This document shows positions 51,951-64,000 of a stretch of DNA of 64,000 nucleotides, piece by piece. The stretch is from Aplysia californica (taxonomy: Eukaryota). The stretch is taken from positions 396,369-460,368 of the forward strand of contig NW_004797362.1 in assembly GCF_000002075.1 (NCBI RefSeq), read 5' to 3'. The position numbers were made by a program, and so were the translations under genes. Under the pieces are notes generated by a model, which was not told the DNA's origin, searched no databases, and saw only the letters and a list, made by a program, of their open reading frames with translations. Each line of letters begins with the position of its first letter. Position 1 is the stretch's first letter.

Positions 51951-52351
51951 AGGCTGTTCTTTCTGTCTTTGCGACTATAAGGCGATAGCTACTAATCAGT
52001 GAAATTGTTATCCTTCTTTTTATTTGTCTTTTCAAACTATAGACATTTTTAGCTTGTTTAACTGCGCCTCCTGGTGGAGTTTTGATGTCATTTACAAAGG
52101 TGAAAATTAAAAACCCAAGGCTATGAAAAATTTTAGTAGATGAGAATGAACTGTGTAATGATGTAATGATAAGACAGTATCTGTCCCTTTAATGGGTCAT
52201 GTAAAAGCCCACCGGTACAACAGGGCGAATTTACATGAATATATGTCTGTACATCAAGTATATGAATATATGTCTGTGCCTTTTTTTCTGTTACAGATAC
52301 TTTGCTGGTCTGAAGCCAACATCTGGACACAGGCTTAAAACTACGACTGCA

Positions 52352-52503
52352 ATGTCGTCTGAAGCAGCTTCTGAAAGTGGCCATGTGCTAGTAGGGCATA
52401 TTGCTTCTCTTCATTGTTACCCAATCAAGTCATGCACTGCCATCTCTTCAGATGCCGCTAGCATCACCCAGTTAGGACTGAAAATAAGCGATATTACAGA
52501 CAG
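52352..52503 (+). CDS. MTARC: mARC/MOSC-domain protein, coding exon 1 (exon begins 52298)
   Basis: VGHIASLHCYPIKSC...GLKISDITDR is the MOSC_N motif. TTACAG acceptor ends at 52297; AG|GTGAG donor at 52504. Confidence 0.88.
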
Positions 52504-53334
52504 GTGAGAGTTGTTTCACGAGGACATGTTATAATGCTGTTTTGTGTGAGGCATACAATCACTTATCCTGTGTCTCCCAAGAACTTCATATAAGCCTATT
52601 ACATATTGCAAAAGACATTTTGATTGCAATTATGGTTCTTGTACTTCTTTAGATATTAATTTACTTGAGGGTTTTGAATTTACGGACGATGCTTTTTTCA
52701 AGAGGAAAAGGCCTTGAACTTAAAGCAGTATGTTTTTGGGAAGTGGTTCTGCTTACTGAGACTGTATGAGTTTGAAGGAGGTGCATTATGACACTCTTCT
52801 CTCTGAGATGATTATGCAGACTTATTGCTCTGGAAATTTATAGTTCTATTCCAAGTTGCTAATTCCTCATGCTGACTTTCATGCTTGTCCACTCTTCCTG
52901 GGCTTAGTGCAGGCACACTTACTTTGCTGACTAAGGAGGTCATAGGCACACTCTGCAGTTATTTGTACCAGTGGTTGGGCAGGGCCACTAGTAGGACCTA
53001 CTTTGTTTCTTTCCCTCTGTCATGTCTTTCTGTTTACCTTGCTTTTTTTCCTGCTCAAAATGTCAGTGTGCTTCTGTTTTTTCACACAAACTCACGAAGA
53101 AGCAGTTTTTGTAATTCAGGGTAGTTTAAATGCATGGGGGTGGCATTGTGGTGAAATCAGGCACTTGTCAAAATGATGAAATCGCGGAAACTAACATTTT
53201 TCCACTGGTTGGTCAATTTTTATGGATTTTTTTTTTTGGGGGGGGGGGGGGCCTTGCAACAACATTTGCCTGTTGATTCGTTAGTAGTTTGTTGAGTGGG
53301 TCCTTCGCCTTACACCAGTTTTGTTCTCTTACAG

Positions 53335-53514
53335 ACATTTCATGGTGGTGAAGGAAAATGGTGATTTCATCACCCAGCGGCAAAAGGCTAGGATGGCAAG
53401 TATAAGAACTGCCGTAGAAGAAGGTGAACTGGTTTTGCAGTCTGACTTCATGAAGACCTCCTGCAGAGTTCCCCTGAAACCCGCCGCTGAGAAGGAGAAG
53501 ATCAAATCTTGTCG
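53335..53514 (+). CDS. MTARC: mARC/MOSC protein coding exon 2
   Basis: R-HFMVVKENGDFITQRQKARMASI; canonical AG/GTAAGT; phase 2-2. Confidence 0.9.
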
Positions 53515-53785
53515 GTAAGTTGTTTTAGGGTGCAAGAGCAGAAACATTTTATACCACATACATGCATATCTCTCTTAGAATGTCATGTTTTGGATAATGT
53601 AAAGGTGACTATGAACTTGTCCTGTTTAAGTTAGCTTTTTAGAAGAAAAAAAATAATATATATATCCATGTATTGCGTGTTATGAATGGCGTGCATTGCT
53701 TTGATTGGGGGTTCATAGTAAACATTCAAGGTACGACATCGTCTTTATAATGTGATAAGGCATACTGAAACTATTAAACATCTCC

Positions 53786-54300
53786 GGGGGCTCTCGTGGC
53801 CTAGAGGTTAAGATGTTATCCTCTCATTCAAAGGTCCCGGGTTCGAATCCGGGTAGCGACTGAAAAATTTTCTACTCTAAAATTGTCTCCTTTCACCTCC
53901 TTTCCTGCTGTCTAGCAATGTTCTGTTGTCTGCTTTCATTTCCACTTTCTGCCCCCACCCCCTCACCTCCTTTGCCCCCTCCTCTGGGCTCCTGACTCTT
54001 TCTGCAGCCTTTCTACTGCTACTCCTTGGCTCCTCCTTACTGCTGTCTTTCTGCCACACCCCTGATCTTCTGGTAGGAAAGATCTACACCTAGCCTTCTC
54101 GGACAAGGGCAAAAAATCTCGGAGGGCCCGTGTGCAAGTTTCGCACGTTAAAGATTCCTTGGTGGTCTAAAATCGATAAGAGTAGGCTTCGGCCGCCACC
54201 CGCGCAAAATTCCAAATTTCCTACCAACTGCAAATATTAGGTGTGCTCATATGACCTTATGCAGTTGCGAGCACCGTAAAAGACTTACCAAGACAAAAAC
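53786..54300 (+). mobile_element. tRNA-derived SINE, family A copy 2 (mARC intron)
   Basis: A/B boxes, A-rich tail, TSD AAACATCTCC / AAACGTCTCC. Confidence 0.9.
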
Positions 54301-54843
54301 AAACGTCTCCAATCATACTCTGTGTAAATGAAGGGAAAGGAGGAATGGATTGACCAGCTTTTATAGCACGATCGATTGCTTGGACCGCATGAGAGGAGCA
54401 AGTAATGGTAGCAATCAAAAACCACCTACTGATTCACTCGCCTCACTTGTATTCCTTAAAAAACGTTCTGTTCAAGTGCATATGTGTGCAGATATGATCA
54501 AGTGCTACTCCATGCCAACCCCTTTCCTTTCAACCCTACATGCACAAAACATGGTAAAGCATTTCTGGAAAAGTTTCTTGTCTTGAACTCAAACTGGATA
54601 CAAAAGCTTTTTTTTTTTAGAGACAGGAAATTTCGCTTCTTTGTGAAAGTGGGTTCTTAGGCAGACTTAGTTCTTTCGCGGATGTTCGTAGGTGGAAGCC
54701 ACCTTATAACTCCATGTTTATGTTTGAACCATGCCTCTCACAGCAGAACCAGTGCATTTCAGCCCCATTGCTTCTAACTTCATTTTTCTCTTTCACAAAA
54801 GTTATCGCTGCCAAAAAAACAGGAGGTTTTTTTTTTCCCACAG

Positions 54844-55000
54844 AGTCTGGAAGGATAGGCTGGACAGTTTGGACTGCGGTGAAGCTGTTTCTACTTGGCT
54901 GTCTGAGTGTGTGGGTGAGCCTGGTCTAAGACTGGTGGCCACTCTACCCGAGATGAAGAAAAGGCCAATTTCCCACTCTAACACTTTACCACAGGATGAG
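54844..55000 (+). CDS. MTARC: mARC/MOSC protein coding exon 3
   Basis: RVWKDRLDSLDCGEAVSTWLSECVG...LRLV contains the DCG..WLS motif; AG/GT bounded; phase 2-0. Confidence 0.9.
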
Positions 55001-55774
55001 GTTTGTTTGTGATGATATTTTTACGCCTCTATTGACACGATTTAAATAATTTAGGAGGCAAGCTTCTGACCCTCCCTTGTCAGGGCCGGCCCCTGGCTGA
55101 GAGGGATATAACATTCCAGCAAAAAAGATTCAGATGGTTGATTAAAATTCTCCCCACTCTGGAATTGGCCTTAGGGTCACCTGCGTCTGACAGCAAAGCA
55201 TCTAACAGCTACACCACAAACGTCGGTGACCATGATGGAAAAAAGGATAAAGACAAAAAGAAGAAAAGAGAGAAAGGCAATTTTTTGTTTTTGATGCCTT
55301 TAACTTTTTTAACAGTAGGTGGGGAAAGAGCACGCTGCGAGCTATCAGATTTTTTAATACAGTCGAACCCTATTATACCGCCTGCATGACATTGGCAGTA
55401 TAGTGGGGTTGGCGGTATAACAGGGTATTTAATGACTGCTCCAGATTGGCGGGACAAACTGTGATGGACAAGGGATGGTTTTCATGTCAAACATAAAGAA
55501 TTGAAAATTTATCATTCCCTCAAAATAAATGTTTATGATGTTCAATACAAGGTTTGTTGTTGATTTCTAATTAAAAGAAAAATGTATATTTTTTCCTTTC
55601 GTTTAGTCCCGAATTTTATTGAAGAATATGATTTTCAACGGTGCCATGCCTGCTTTACTTGGGTTTAGCATGGTCAGTTAAGCTGAAAAGATAGGGTTGT
55701 TTTTTTTGGGGGGGGGTTGTTGTTTTGAGTGTGTGTGTGTGTATGATGTTGAGTTCTACTTTCTTGTTCCACAG

Positions 55775-55927
55775 CTGGCTTATCATGATGATGGCCCTCT
55801 CCTGGTGACCAACACGGCTTCTCTGAAGGACCTCAAGTCCAAGATTCCAGGATCAGAGGAGATTACAATGACCAACTTCCGACCTAATATTGTTATTGAG
55901 ACGATCAGCAAGGAACCATGGGAAGAG
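55775..55927 (+). CDS. MTARC: mARC/MOSC protein coding exon 4
   Basis: LAYHDDGPLLVTNTASLKDL...MTNFRPNIVI...PWEE carries the FRPNI MOSC signature; phase 0-0. Confidence 0.92.
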
Positions 55928-57544
55928 GTTTGTAGGCCCTGGTTTTGATGTGATACTAACCCCCCCTCCCCCAGGTGCCAGGTTTATGTTCCCCGATAAG
56001 CATATTTCGGCACCTCGCCTTCTGTCCTGTCTCGTATCAGTCCGGCCCTGGTTCAGCACACATGCGCCGAGCATCATCCGTGTGATGACCGTGTCCGGTA
56101 TTCCTGCAGCTCTAGTGTGTGTGCGTCAGTCTGCTTGAGTGTGTATACATTTGTGGCCTCCTTCTAGAACCAGCTGCATTGGTTCGAAACCAAATGTGCA
56201 TTTCATTCAATACACTCCAAGTTGGTAGCTCCGGATGATCGTCCAATGAAATTAGATCAAATTGACCCACTTGGACGTGAGGAGCTCGAAAGGATAACGA
56301 GGAAACAAAGACTTCCATTTTTTCTATACAAAATCTTTCAAATGAACTTGATTTTATATGAAATTATATTACCGGATAAAAATAAGCTTATTTGATAGTT
56401 TTGAATACCATTGTGCCGGTAAAAAGAAAACTTTGAGAGCAAACCATTAGGAAATTGACCTACATTATTTCCTTTCCAACCCCAGATCATTCGTAACAAC
56501 AAGAGCGTCTGAAAGGTTATTTGAATGGACATAATGACTTATCAACTTATGAGAGGGGGGTTATTCATGTGTTTGTAAACCTTTATAAAGAGAAAGCTGT
56601 TAAAGATAAAGCGTTATTTTCATCATCTATTAACACACCCTCACAGTGTTCACGGCGATAATACTTGTTTCCAGGGTCGCTCGCTGTACAGTAACGGTAC
56701 ACATCGAGTGACCTCAGTGGCCCGCTAGGAATGTCCGAGGTACGACGTTACTGATAAAACTGGTATCTCAGCACGGAGGCAGATTAAGATTAAAGTGATA
56801 ACAATGAATTTTTCGCGAATATCTGTCATCTGTGATCCACCTCCGTCACTGCTATTGGCAGTAGGAGCTCTACATAATGGGAGCAGAGGTGACCACCTTT
56901 CTTTATCCATGCATGGTTCTGCGACTTTCTGTCTTAATCCACTGACTCCGTTATATTGATGATGCTGGATTTAAGTAGTCTGCCTCTTTAACAATGGAAA
57001 GAGAGTGATGTAAATAATGATGTTTTTTGTTGAATTAAATATTGTCTATGTCCATTTGATAATGTTATCTTAAAAGCTTTCTGTATTCATTCATCTAAAA
57101 AAGGATTTATGAATATTAATGTAAATTTGGACGTTGTTGGTTACTGAAGTGATGGTTTGCTGTATAAGGAGGGAAATTTTTACTGCTTTCAATTTTTGAA
57201 CTAGTGAAAGGTTGTACTTTTGTGGGGAGGGTGACAGTTAGAAAGTAAGAAAATGAGTAGTATGATGAATATGGTCACAATGGCTTTTCATTCATCTTCT
57301 TGGTAGATACCGCCACGCCTTGGATATTTTTTTAGGCTGACATAGAACTTGAAGGCATGAAATTCTTCTTTTCAGGTACGAAGGTAGAGTCAAGATGAAC
57401 CTCGGAATCTTTTAAGAAAAGGCAGAAAAGGGAAAAAATTCCATGTTTATTGATTTTAGTTCTGAAATTTAGTTCATGGTAATGAATGCATACAATCCAT
57501 GACAACAATAATTTAGATGTTAGGGTACTTCAACATCACGTAAG

Positions 57545-59829
57545 CAGAGCTGCCTAAATCTACCGATTTTTCCGGTAGATACCGATTTTGGGCCTGTTCT
57601 ACCGCCATACCGATAAGGTGTCAAAACTACCGGATTTTCGATGGGTGCCGAGAGAAGAAAAAGAAAAAAAAACATTCTGCAGTGCTTCCACTCTTCTTTG
57701 TTTTTACGGAAATCCGTACATTCCGAAAGTTCCGTACTTGCCGCATCATCATATCAACTCCATGCGTTGAGAGAGAGAGAGAAGGAGAGAGAGAGAGAGA
57801 GAGATCAGCACTTGCCTCCGTAACTTGTCAGATATTTACAGCAACTCCCGGCAATAAGTTGTATTAGAAACTGCCAGATTGCGCATTTCGTACACTCGAC
57901 CATTGTCTATCTGTGCCGTTCGGTCGGCAATAGTTTTTCACGTGCATATCGGCTGAAATATGTCTACTCACGATAGATAATCTTCCTCCTTCTTTTCATT
58001 CATTCTTTCTTTCTGTCTATCTTCTGTTTTTTGCTGCGGCTGGAAAATCTGTGCATTTAATTCATTTATCCAGAAAACAGAATTGTGAATATAGAAGGAA
58101 AATCGGTATCGAAGCAAAATATTCTAAAATCGGTCTTGGTCTAGAGAATTGGTCAGTACCTAGAACTGAGAAAGCGTAGGTCAGTACCAAATAAGAATTC
58201 TACGCAGGAAAAAAAATCGCCTATACGGGGTGCCCACTACGGCTGTGATGGGCCGATCGCCCGACTCGGTCGCCTAAAAAACAAACGTGTTTGTTTTCAG
58301 TTTCAGGCGATCGAGTCGGGCAATTGGCCTGACCCAGCCGTAGTGGGCATCCCATATTAGACCTGAGAAAATGCACAAAGTCCTCGAAACCAAATCTGAA
58401 AAGCCTTCTGAGTTCATATTTTACTGGTCGCGTTTGTGATATTACATTCGGCTTTCCCCAGTCCAAGAGTACGTTTCGTGCGAATGAGCGGCTATGGCGG
58501 CAGGCGGAAGACGTGTAATACTGAGACTCCTTTGGGAAAATCAAAATCTGCTTTCGTTACCGCTCAGATTTGTCCGATGATAGTTCGTTGACGTTAGATT
58601 TACAGTTAATAAAAATTTGTAACCTGCAGTGTAAAAAAACACAGTGTAGCCATAAACATTAAATGGATATATTGTCACTGATGTCACTATAATGACTAAA
58701 AAAGGGAGAAAAAGAAAACACGCGTCCTCCAATTTCTAGATTGTCGGGCCCGTCATCGTGACCGGTCAATGAACCTGTGAGAGTTCGTGAGTATGGCACG
58801 AGCTAGGGACCGGCCAGTGGTTGTTGGGGAAAGCCTAATCAAAGTTCATTCAAAGTGGGAGTGTTGCAGGGCGTCGGAATTGAGGGGAGGTGTTTGATGC
58901 AATAAAGTTTACGGCAGCAGGAAAAGGCCGCGGTGCAAGAAACTGATGCTAAAATAAAACAATAAGTGGAAGTGGTTTTGACATTCGACAATCGAGTGCG
59001 TAAATGAGGGAAGATTGGGACACAGGCTTGATGGATGTATCTTCAAGGTTGGTGTTCCCGGGTTTGTCGGATTTGTCAGTGATGACAAATTGAATAGTGG
59101 CAATGAGGAAATGCCATTTCCACCCTCGGAAAGCTCTATGTTGGATGCCTATGCATCATGATGGTTTGTTGCTGATTAAATACTGGTACTGTGATTTAGC
59201 ATTTTGGAAAAAAAATCAATACTTAGTCCATGATGCAGTGATTCACTGATTGCCAGGTTTTCAGCATCACTGCATCCCACACTCTCACAGTCCTTCCAGC
59301 TCCGGCTCTATCGGTACACGATCTCTTTTATTTTCATTTTCATTTTCAGGTTTTATAAAATAAGTTTTGTCTTGCATGCTTTTTAAAATCCGTGATTGCT
59401 GAAACCAAACATGGTTTTTGCAGTTGATGTTCTTTTTGCCTCTCCTCAGGCCCAGATCAGGATTCATTTTGTATTTTTAGGGTAAAACTAGTTAAAATTA
59501 ATTGTCTGTCATACCTAAGTCACGAAGGACTTATCAGTGTCCTATGCTAGTGTCGGGAAAATTATGGTTTAATTTAGTTTCTATTGCTATGGGCTAGGGG
59601 TTTTGAAGTCAGTTTGGCAATCACCCTGCACTCAATTCGAGATTCAATACTGAATGATAGGTGCCTTGAACGATAGTCCATAAAATGATTTTTTAAAAAC
59701 AACAACCTCGTCTCATTTCATACACACTGTTCATCGCAACTTGTGCACACCCATACACCCCCTTCCTTTCCCACGCACATTATATATAGGCACATGCGAG
59801 AGCGTGGCAACATGCACATACAGACACAC

Positions 59830-59866
<37 letters not shown>

Positions 59867-60051
59867 TGTGCATGCACAAACAAGTTTTCAAAATATAATT
59901 ACCCAATATCACGGAAAGCAAGCGCGTTCGATGGGGCAACGATCATATTTTTTTTCTCTTCTTTGTCTTTGTACTACCTGATTTTGGGCCAATCTACCTG
60001 AAAATGACCCTGAATCTATCTGAAATGGGAACTTTGAGGTAGGCAGCCCTG
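57545..60051. mobile_element. Possible 2.5-kb hAT-like element in a mARC intron, with nested MITEs (e.g. hairpin 58228-58351)
   Basis: TIR CAG(A/G)GCTGCCTA; imperfect 6-bp flanks CGTAAG/CATAAG; inner GGGTGCCCACTACGGCTG / CAGCCGTAGTGGGCATCCC. Confidence 0.5.
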
Positions 60052-60335
60052 CATAAGCCTCAATGTCATCATACAGATATTACAAACACACCATTGCTGA
60101 TTTCCACAGTGCAGAGCTTTGGGTTATTTTAACTACGGTTATCTACACCCAGGCCTAGATACACTCACATTCCCCCCTCCCTATATTTATCCCCTTTGGT
60201 TTGGGCTTTAGTAAGCCATGATCATACAGTAGGAATCGAAAAGGTCTGACAGCTTTATGATGCTTTGAGCCATGCCCATGAGCTCCTTTCCCACATGTAT
60301 TTTAAAGAATGCTTATTTTTTTTCATGGATAACAG

Positions 60336-60406
60336 GACCGGTGGACAAGCCTGTTTATAGGTGACAGCAAAAACGTTCAGCTGAAAGTGTTGTTTCCTTG
60401 TGGCAG
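60336..60406 (+). CDS. MTARC: mARC/MOSC protein coding exon 5 (not in ORF track; gene continues beyond window)
   Basis: AACAG acceptor, AG|GTAAG donor. DRWTSLFIGDSKNVQLKVLFPCG-R completes EE-D-x-W and leads into the PCxRC motif. Confidence 0.85.
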
Positions 60407-63400
60407 GTAAGATTGCATGTAGAATGAATCCCTATTTTTGTTAATTTGCGCTAAGAAAGCATCTTGTTTATTTCACATCAGACAAAGAGTATGTCATGAA
60501 TGATTGTTATCGTGCTAGAAATAAACTACAAATTACAAATGTTGATAGAAGGTTATAAAGTTAGCGTTGCTTTTTTCCATCTCTGCTTTTTTTCTCAGTT
60601 TGCTGTAAGTGAACTCTGTATGGTGCCATTCATGTAGTGATTCTTTTTTGGAGCTTCAGCTTTTCCTTTTCTCTGGGAATATGCACACTTGAAGATTTAT
60701 TACCCTGCATCAGCTGTTCAATATTAAACCAATTAAATATAACCTGAGCATTTTTCAGAAAAATATTTTAATTTTAGGAATTAAGGAAAGCGTTTTAACA
60801 ATGAGAGTGATGAAATTGGCCTATGACACTTCGCAACCTTAGAATTACAAAGTGATTTCTGACATTTTTGGCCATTTTAAGATACTGAGAAACCAAATGT
60901 TCCTTCTGCTCCATCAAAATCATAAGGTTATTCGTAGTCATTATCAAGATCTTCAATGAATTGCAATTGAAAAGCTTGGCTTGTTGTGAAGCTCAAAATT
61001 TTTATGTCAAATTTCTCAAAACTAGAGGTACTGAGCAGATAGTAGAGTTGGGTAGCGAGCGCGAGAACGGAGCTGAATTGCCACTCTTCCCTGCGGAACG
61101 CTATTCGCGATTTACTTCATCGGAACGCGGAACAGGATCGCCTTCCGATTCCTGATTCACTCCCCAGTCGCTGTCACCACCTTGTGGCTTGTTTGTAACC
61201 TACTGCTGGGTCGCGAGTCGAGTCACGAGCTCAAGAAGTGAACGGAACACTTAGTATGGCTCCCCTTATTTTCAAAAGATAACATAGTCCAACCCCCCTA
61301 TTAAAACAAAATGAACGGGTTCCAACGGATAGACAGAAGGAATTTTATGGAGCCATTGTTTTAGTTTAGCGAATCATGGGGGGGGGAGGGGGGTGAATTT
61401 ATGGGGGTCGCTAATTGAGGTCAGTATAGCAGTGCAACGAAGGGCAGGGGGGGGGGGGCGGAGAGGATGGCGGGACAAAGAGTGGGACTCGCGAAGTGGC
61501 GTTGATATGACACTGTTCTGTTTCACACATACGAGCCCGAGACTTAGTGTTCCACGAGCGCTTGCATACTCGCGATTCATTGAAGCCGACTGAATCGTGA
61601 ATCGCCACTCTCAGATTTGGCAAGCAGGATCCAGCTTTAGCAGATAGGACTTTGTAATTCTACAGTAGCGACTTGCTGGCTCATACATTCAGCTTAGCTT
61701 AAGTTATAAACCATGCTCCTGTTTGCTGTGCATTATGGTGTCATATAGTGATGTGAGAGAAGTATATAGCTGCTGGAGGGACTAAAACATTACTGGGTTT
61801 TTCCTTTTTTTTTCCTTTTCTTTTTTTTTTTCTGTTCGCAATGTGTTGCCATTATTTTCACTGCTGTTTTTACACAATTGTAAAATGTGAGGCAGCGTGG
61901 TGGAATCAGGTTCTCGTCAATTTTTGGGCATATTGAGTTATTGGTATCATCTTAAAGCTTGTTCATTTGTCTTGCTTTCAATGAAAAAATTACCCATCCA
62001 TCTTCAATAGAAGTGGAGATATTTTGGATTGAAGGAGGTGGGGGTCACCTGGTTTAAGAGGTAAAATTAGCGAGAAAATGTCCGCCAAAGCTTGGTAAAT
62101 TCCAAAGCTGAAGAGTCCATGGACACTGTAAATCTATATTTTGTGCCCTTAATCAAAGTTTTCGGTGAAATCCTCAAAGGAATGTGTTTGTAAATGGACA
62201 TAAAAGGTCTTGAGCCAAAAAACAGAAATTTGATAAAAATTGCTAAGCAGGGAGAAAACTGCTGTTTTCTTCGATTTTATTATTTTGACGAGAGCCTGAT
62301 TCCACCACGCTGCCTCACAAATAGTCTTGTCTTTGATTTATTCATTGATCATAGCCATTTCCATCGCCACTGCAATTTCAAAAATTGAATCAGAAATATT
62401 GGAGTTGAAGTGTTGTCAATGATTTTTCCAGTTTGAGGTGTTATCAGTACCATCACAGCTGTTACATGAATAGCAGCAACTGAATTTGGAGTTACACCTG
62501 AGGATACATTTATAGAGATAATCTGTCATGTGTCACTTAATGATACAAGTTTTACTTAAGGCCAACTAGGGTTTGCCATCTGTATCTCTGCTGGGTTCAC
62601 AAACCTCCTGTAGCCTCCTAATTCACTGACCTCAGGAATTTATAGAGATAACGCTTGTAGTTAACAGCAGCTTCGTAACTTTTCAGATTTCTTTACTTCG
62701 AATAATTAGAAATACTACAGTAGAGCATGACTATAGCGGCACCCACTCTACAGCGGTACCTAACCGGAATCCCCTTTTTTTCTTTATGTAAGCTCAATTA
62801 CCTATGCTTGGGTTTAGCGGGGCAAGGAAAGGCCTGAACTTGGATACAGTGGGAGAAATCGAGCGAGCTCTTGCTGGGGGGAAGGGGGTGGGGGGCTGTA
62901 GGCGTGTTCCAAACAGGCAGTCAGCTGTGCGTCGTTGTGATTGGCCAGTCCAGTGATGAGTGGGGTGGGGCAGGCAGCAGAGAGAGATGGTGTGGAAAGA
63001 CGCGTTACGTTAGCCACTCCAAAAGTGATGTGCCATAGCCTAGACACTAGGCCAAAAAGTAATAGAAGAGAAGCGTGTGTACAGTAGTCTCCGTCTAAAT
63101 GCACTCTGTACAAAATCACGCTCCGCTCAAACGCATGCTTTCGTCATCTGACGGGTTTTTTTACTATATAATTTAGACGTACAAACGTATGGTCACTCCT
63201 TCTAGATGCACGCTCCGATCCGACAGGTAAAGCTTGACAAGGGGAAATTTTCAATACAACCTGCACAGCTTGCATAAGACAAGCCTAGACAACTGGATAT
63301 TTGATGAGACTGCCACTCACACCGAACAAAGAGAATGATGAACAGCGTTTTCACACCCAACTTTCCACAGACAGTCTAGGACTCTTTGGTGAAATGTTGG

Positions 63401-64000
63401 GGAGTTTGGGGACTGAAATGTATTTTGATTGGTCACTATAAATGCATCTTTGAGAGAGAAGGTTCTGACTGGTGTTTGGGTTACTGCATGTAATGTTTAG
63501 TTAGACCAAGGCCTATGATGCGCAACATGCATGAATGTTGTAAAACGTTTGATAGGCATCTACTCTATAGGATTAAAGATTAGTCTAGTAAGCTTAATCA
63601 GTTACGCTTGAAGAACTTATAACGTACTCGTTCAACGAATCATAAGAGAAAAGTTTCTCTGAATATAGAGATCTATGATTCTGATGTCGTCCATGAATTT
63701 ATGGTGGGGAATGGTCTGTCGTCTCTATGACTATCACCAACAGTTTCCGCTTGGGCTATCCGTTCCCGACATTTTATGTGCATATCATTACATTAATTCT
63801 GTTTTTCTTACCACCCCCACCCACCCACCCATTCAATGCTTTTGTATTCTTCACTGCAGTCGGGGAATCCTTCACAAAACAGTATCATGTCATCACATTA
63901 TCGGCCACAGTGACCCCCGCCCCAAAGGGATGACTGCGTCTCTTCCTCCCTTTGCAAAGGTTCATGTAAATGCACACTCCGTGTAAAGACACGCTAAGGT

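Noticed and set aside
53786-53860. tRNA gene (also ~2655-2726, 6110-6185, 13630-13695, 33760-33830, 45960-46000, 55160-55220)
   Set aside because: A/B-box-like motifs are present, but acceptor and anticodon stems do not pair and several continue into SINE bodies.
63206-63226. Next mARC exon (TAG|A TGC ACG...AG|GTAAAG would give R-C)
   Set aside because: Only 21 nt, CTLRSD lacks the expected TTVDP-like continuation, and it lies in MITE-like sequence starting at ~63081.

Overview
AT-rich, repeat-dense eukaryotic (animal) scaffold with N-gaps. A gastropod-type mollusc is my guess from the gene families, SINE modules and AGATCT-rich tracts; this is not proven. Four spliced host genes are supported: (1) the 3' end of a + strand gene with a LamG/ConA-like segment and a C-terminal PAN/apple domain (1324-4102); (2) a - strand double-HotDog, acyl-ACP-thioesterase-like gene (exons 21441-21341, 18380-18190, 17499-16900); (3) TMEM70 on the - strand, CDS in one exon (36453-35719); (4) a MOSC-domain mARC-like gene on the + strand (five phase-consistent coding exons 52352-60406, continuing past the window), divergent from TMEM70. 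The rest is tRNA-derived SINEs, many TIR MITEs, decayed Tigger/pogo, Sola-like and RT+RNase H elements, and microsatellites. Most notable: three 26-42 bp P-like hairpin micro-insertions with 7-8 bp TSDs at the putative TMEM70/mARC promoter; a four-element transposon nest (39.5-46.5 kb) whose empty sites can be read from a paralogous copy; a ~170-bp-period higher-order array of a palindromic motif inside a Sola2-like element; and a 1.85-kb duplication whose differences are copied from nearby sequence, most likely an assembly artefact. I found no CRISPR array, rRNA or convincing tRNA gene, and no clearly new multi-gene system.
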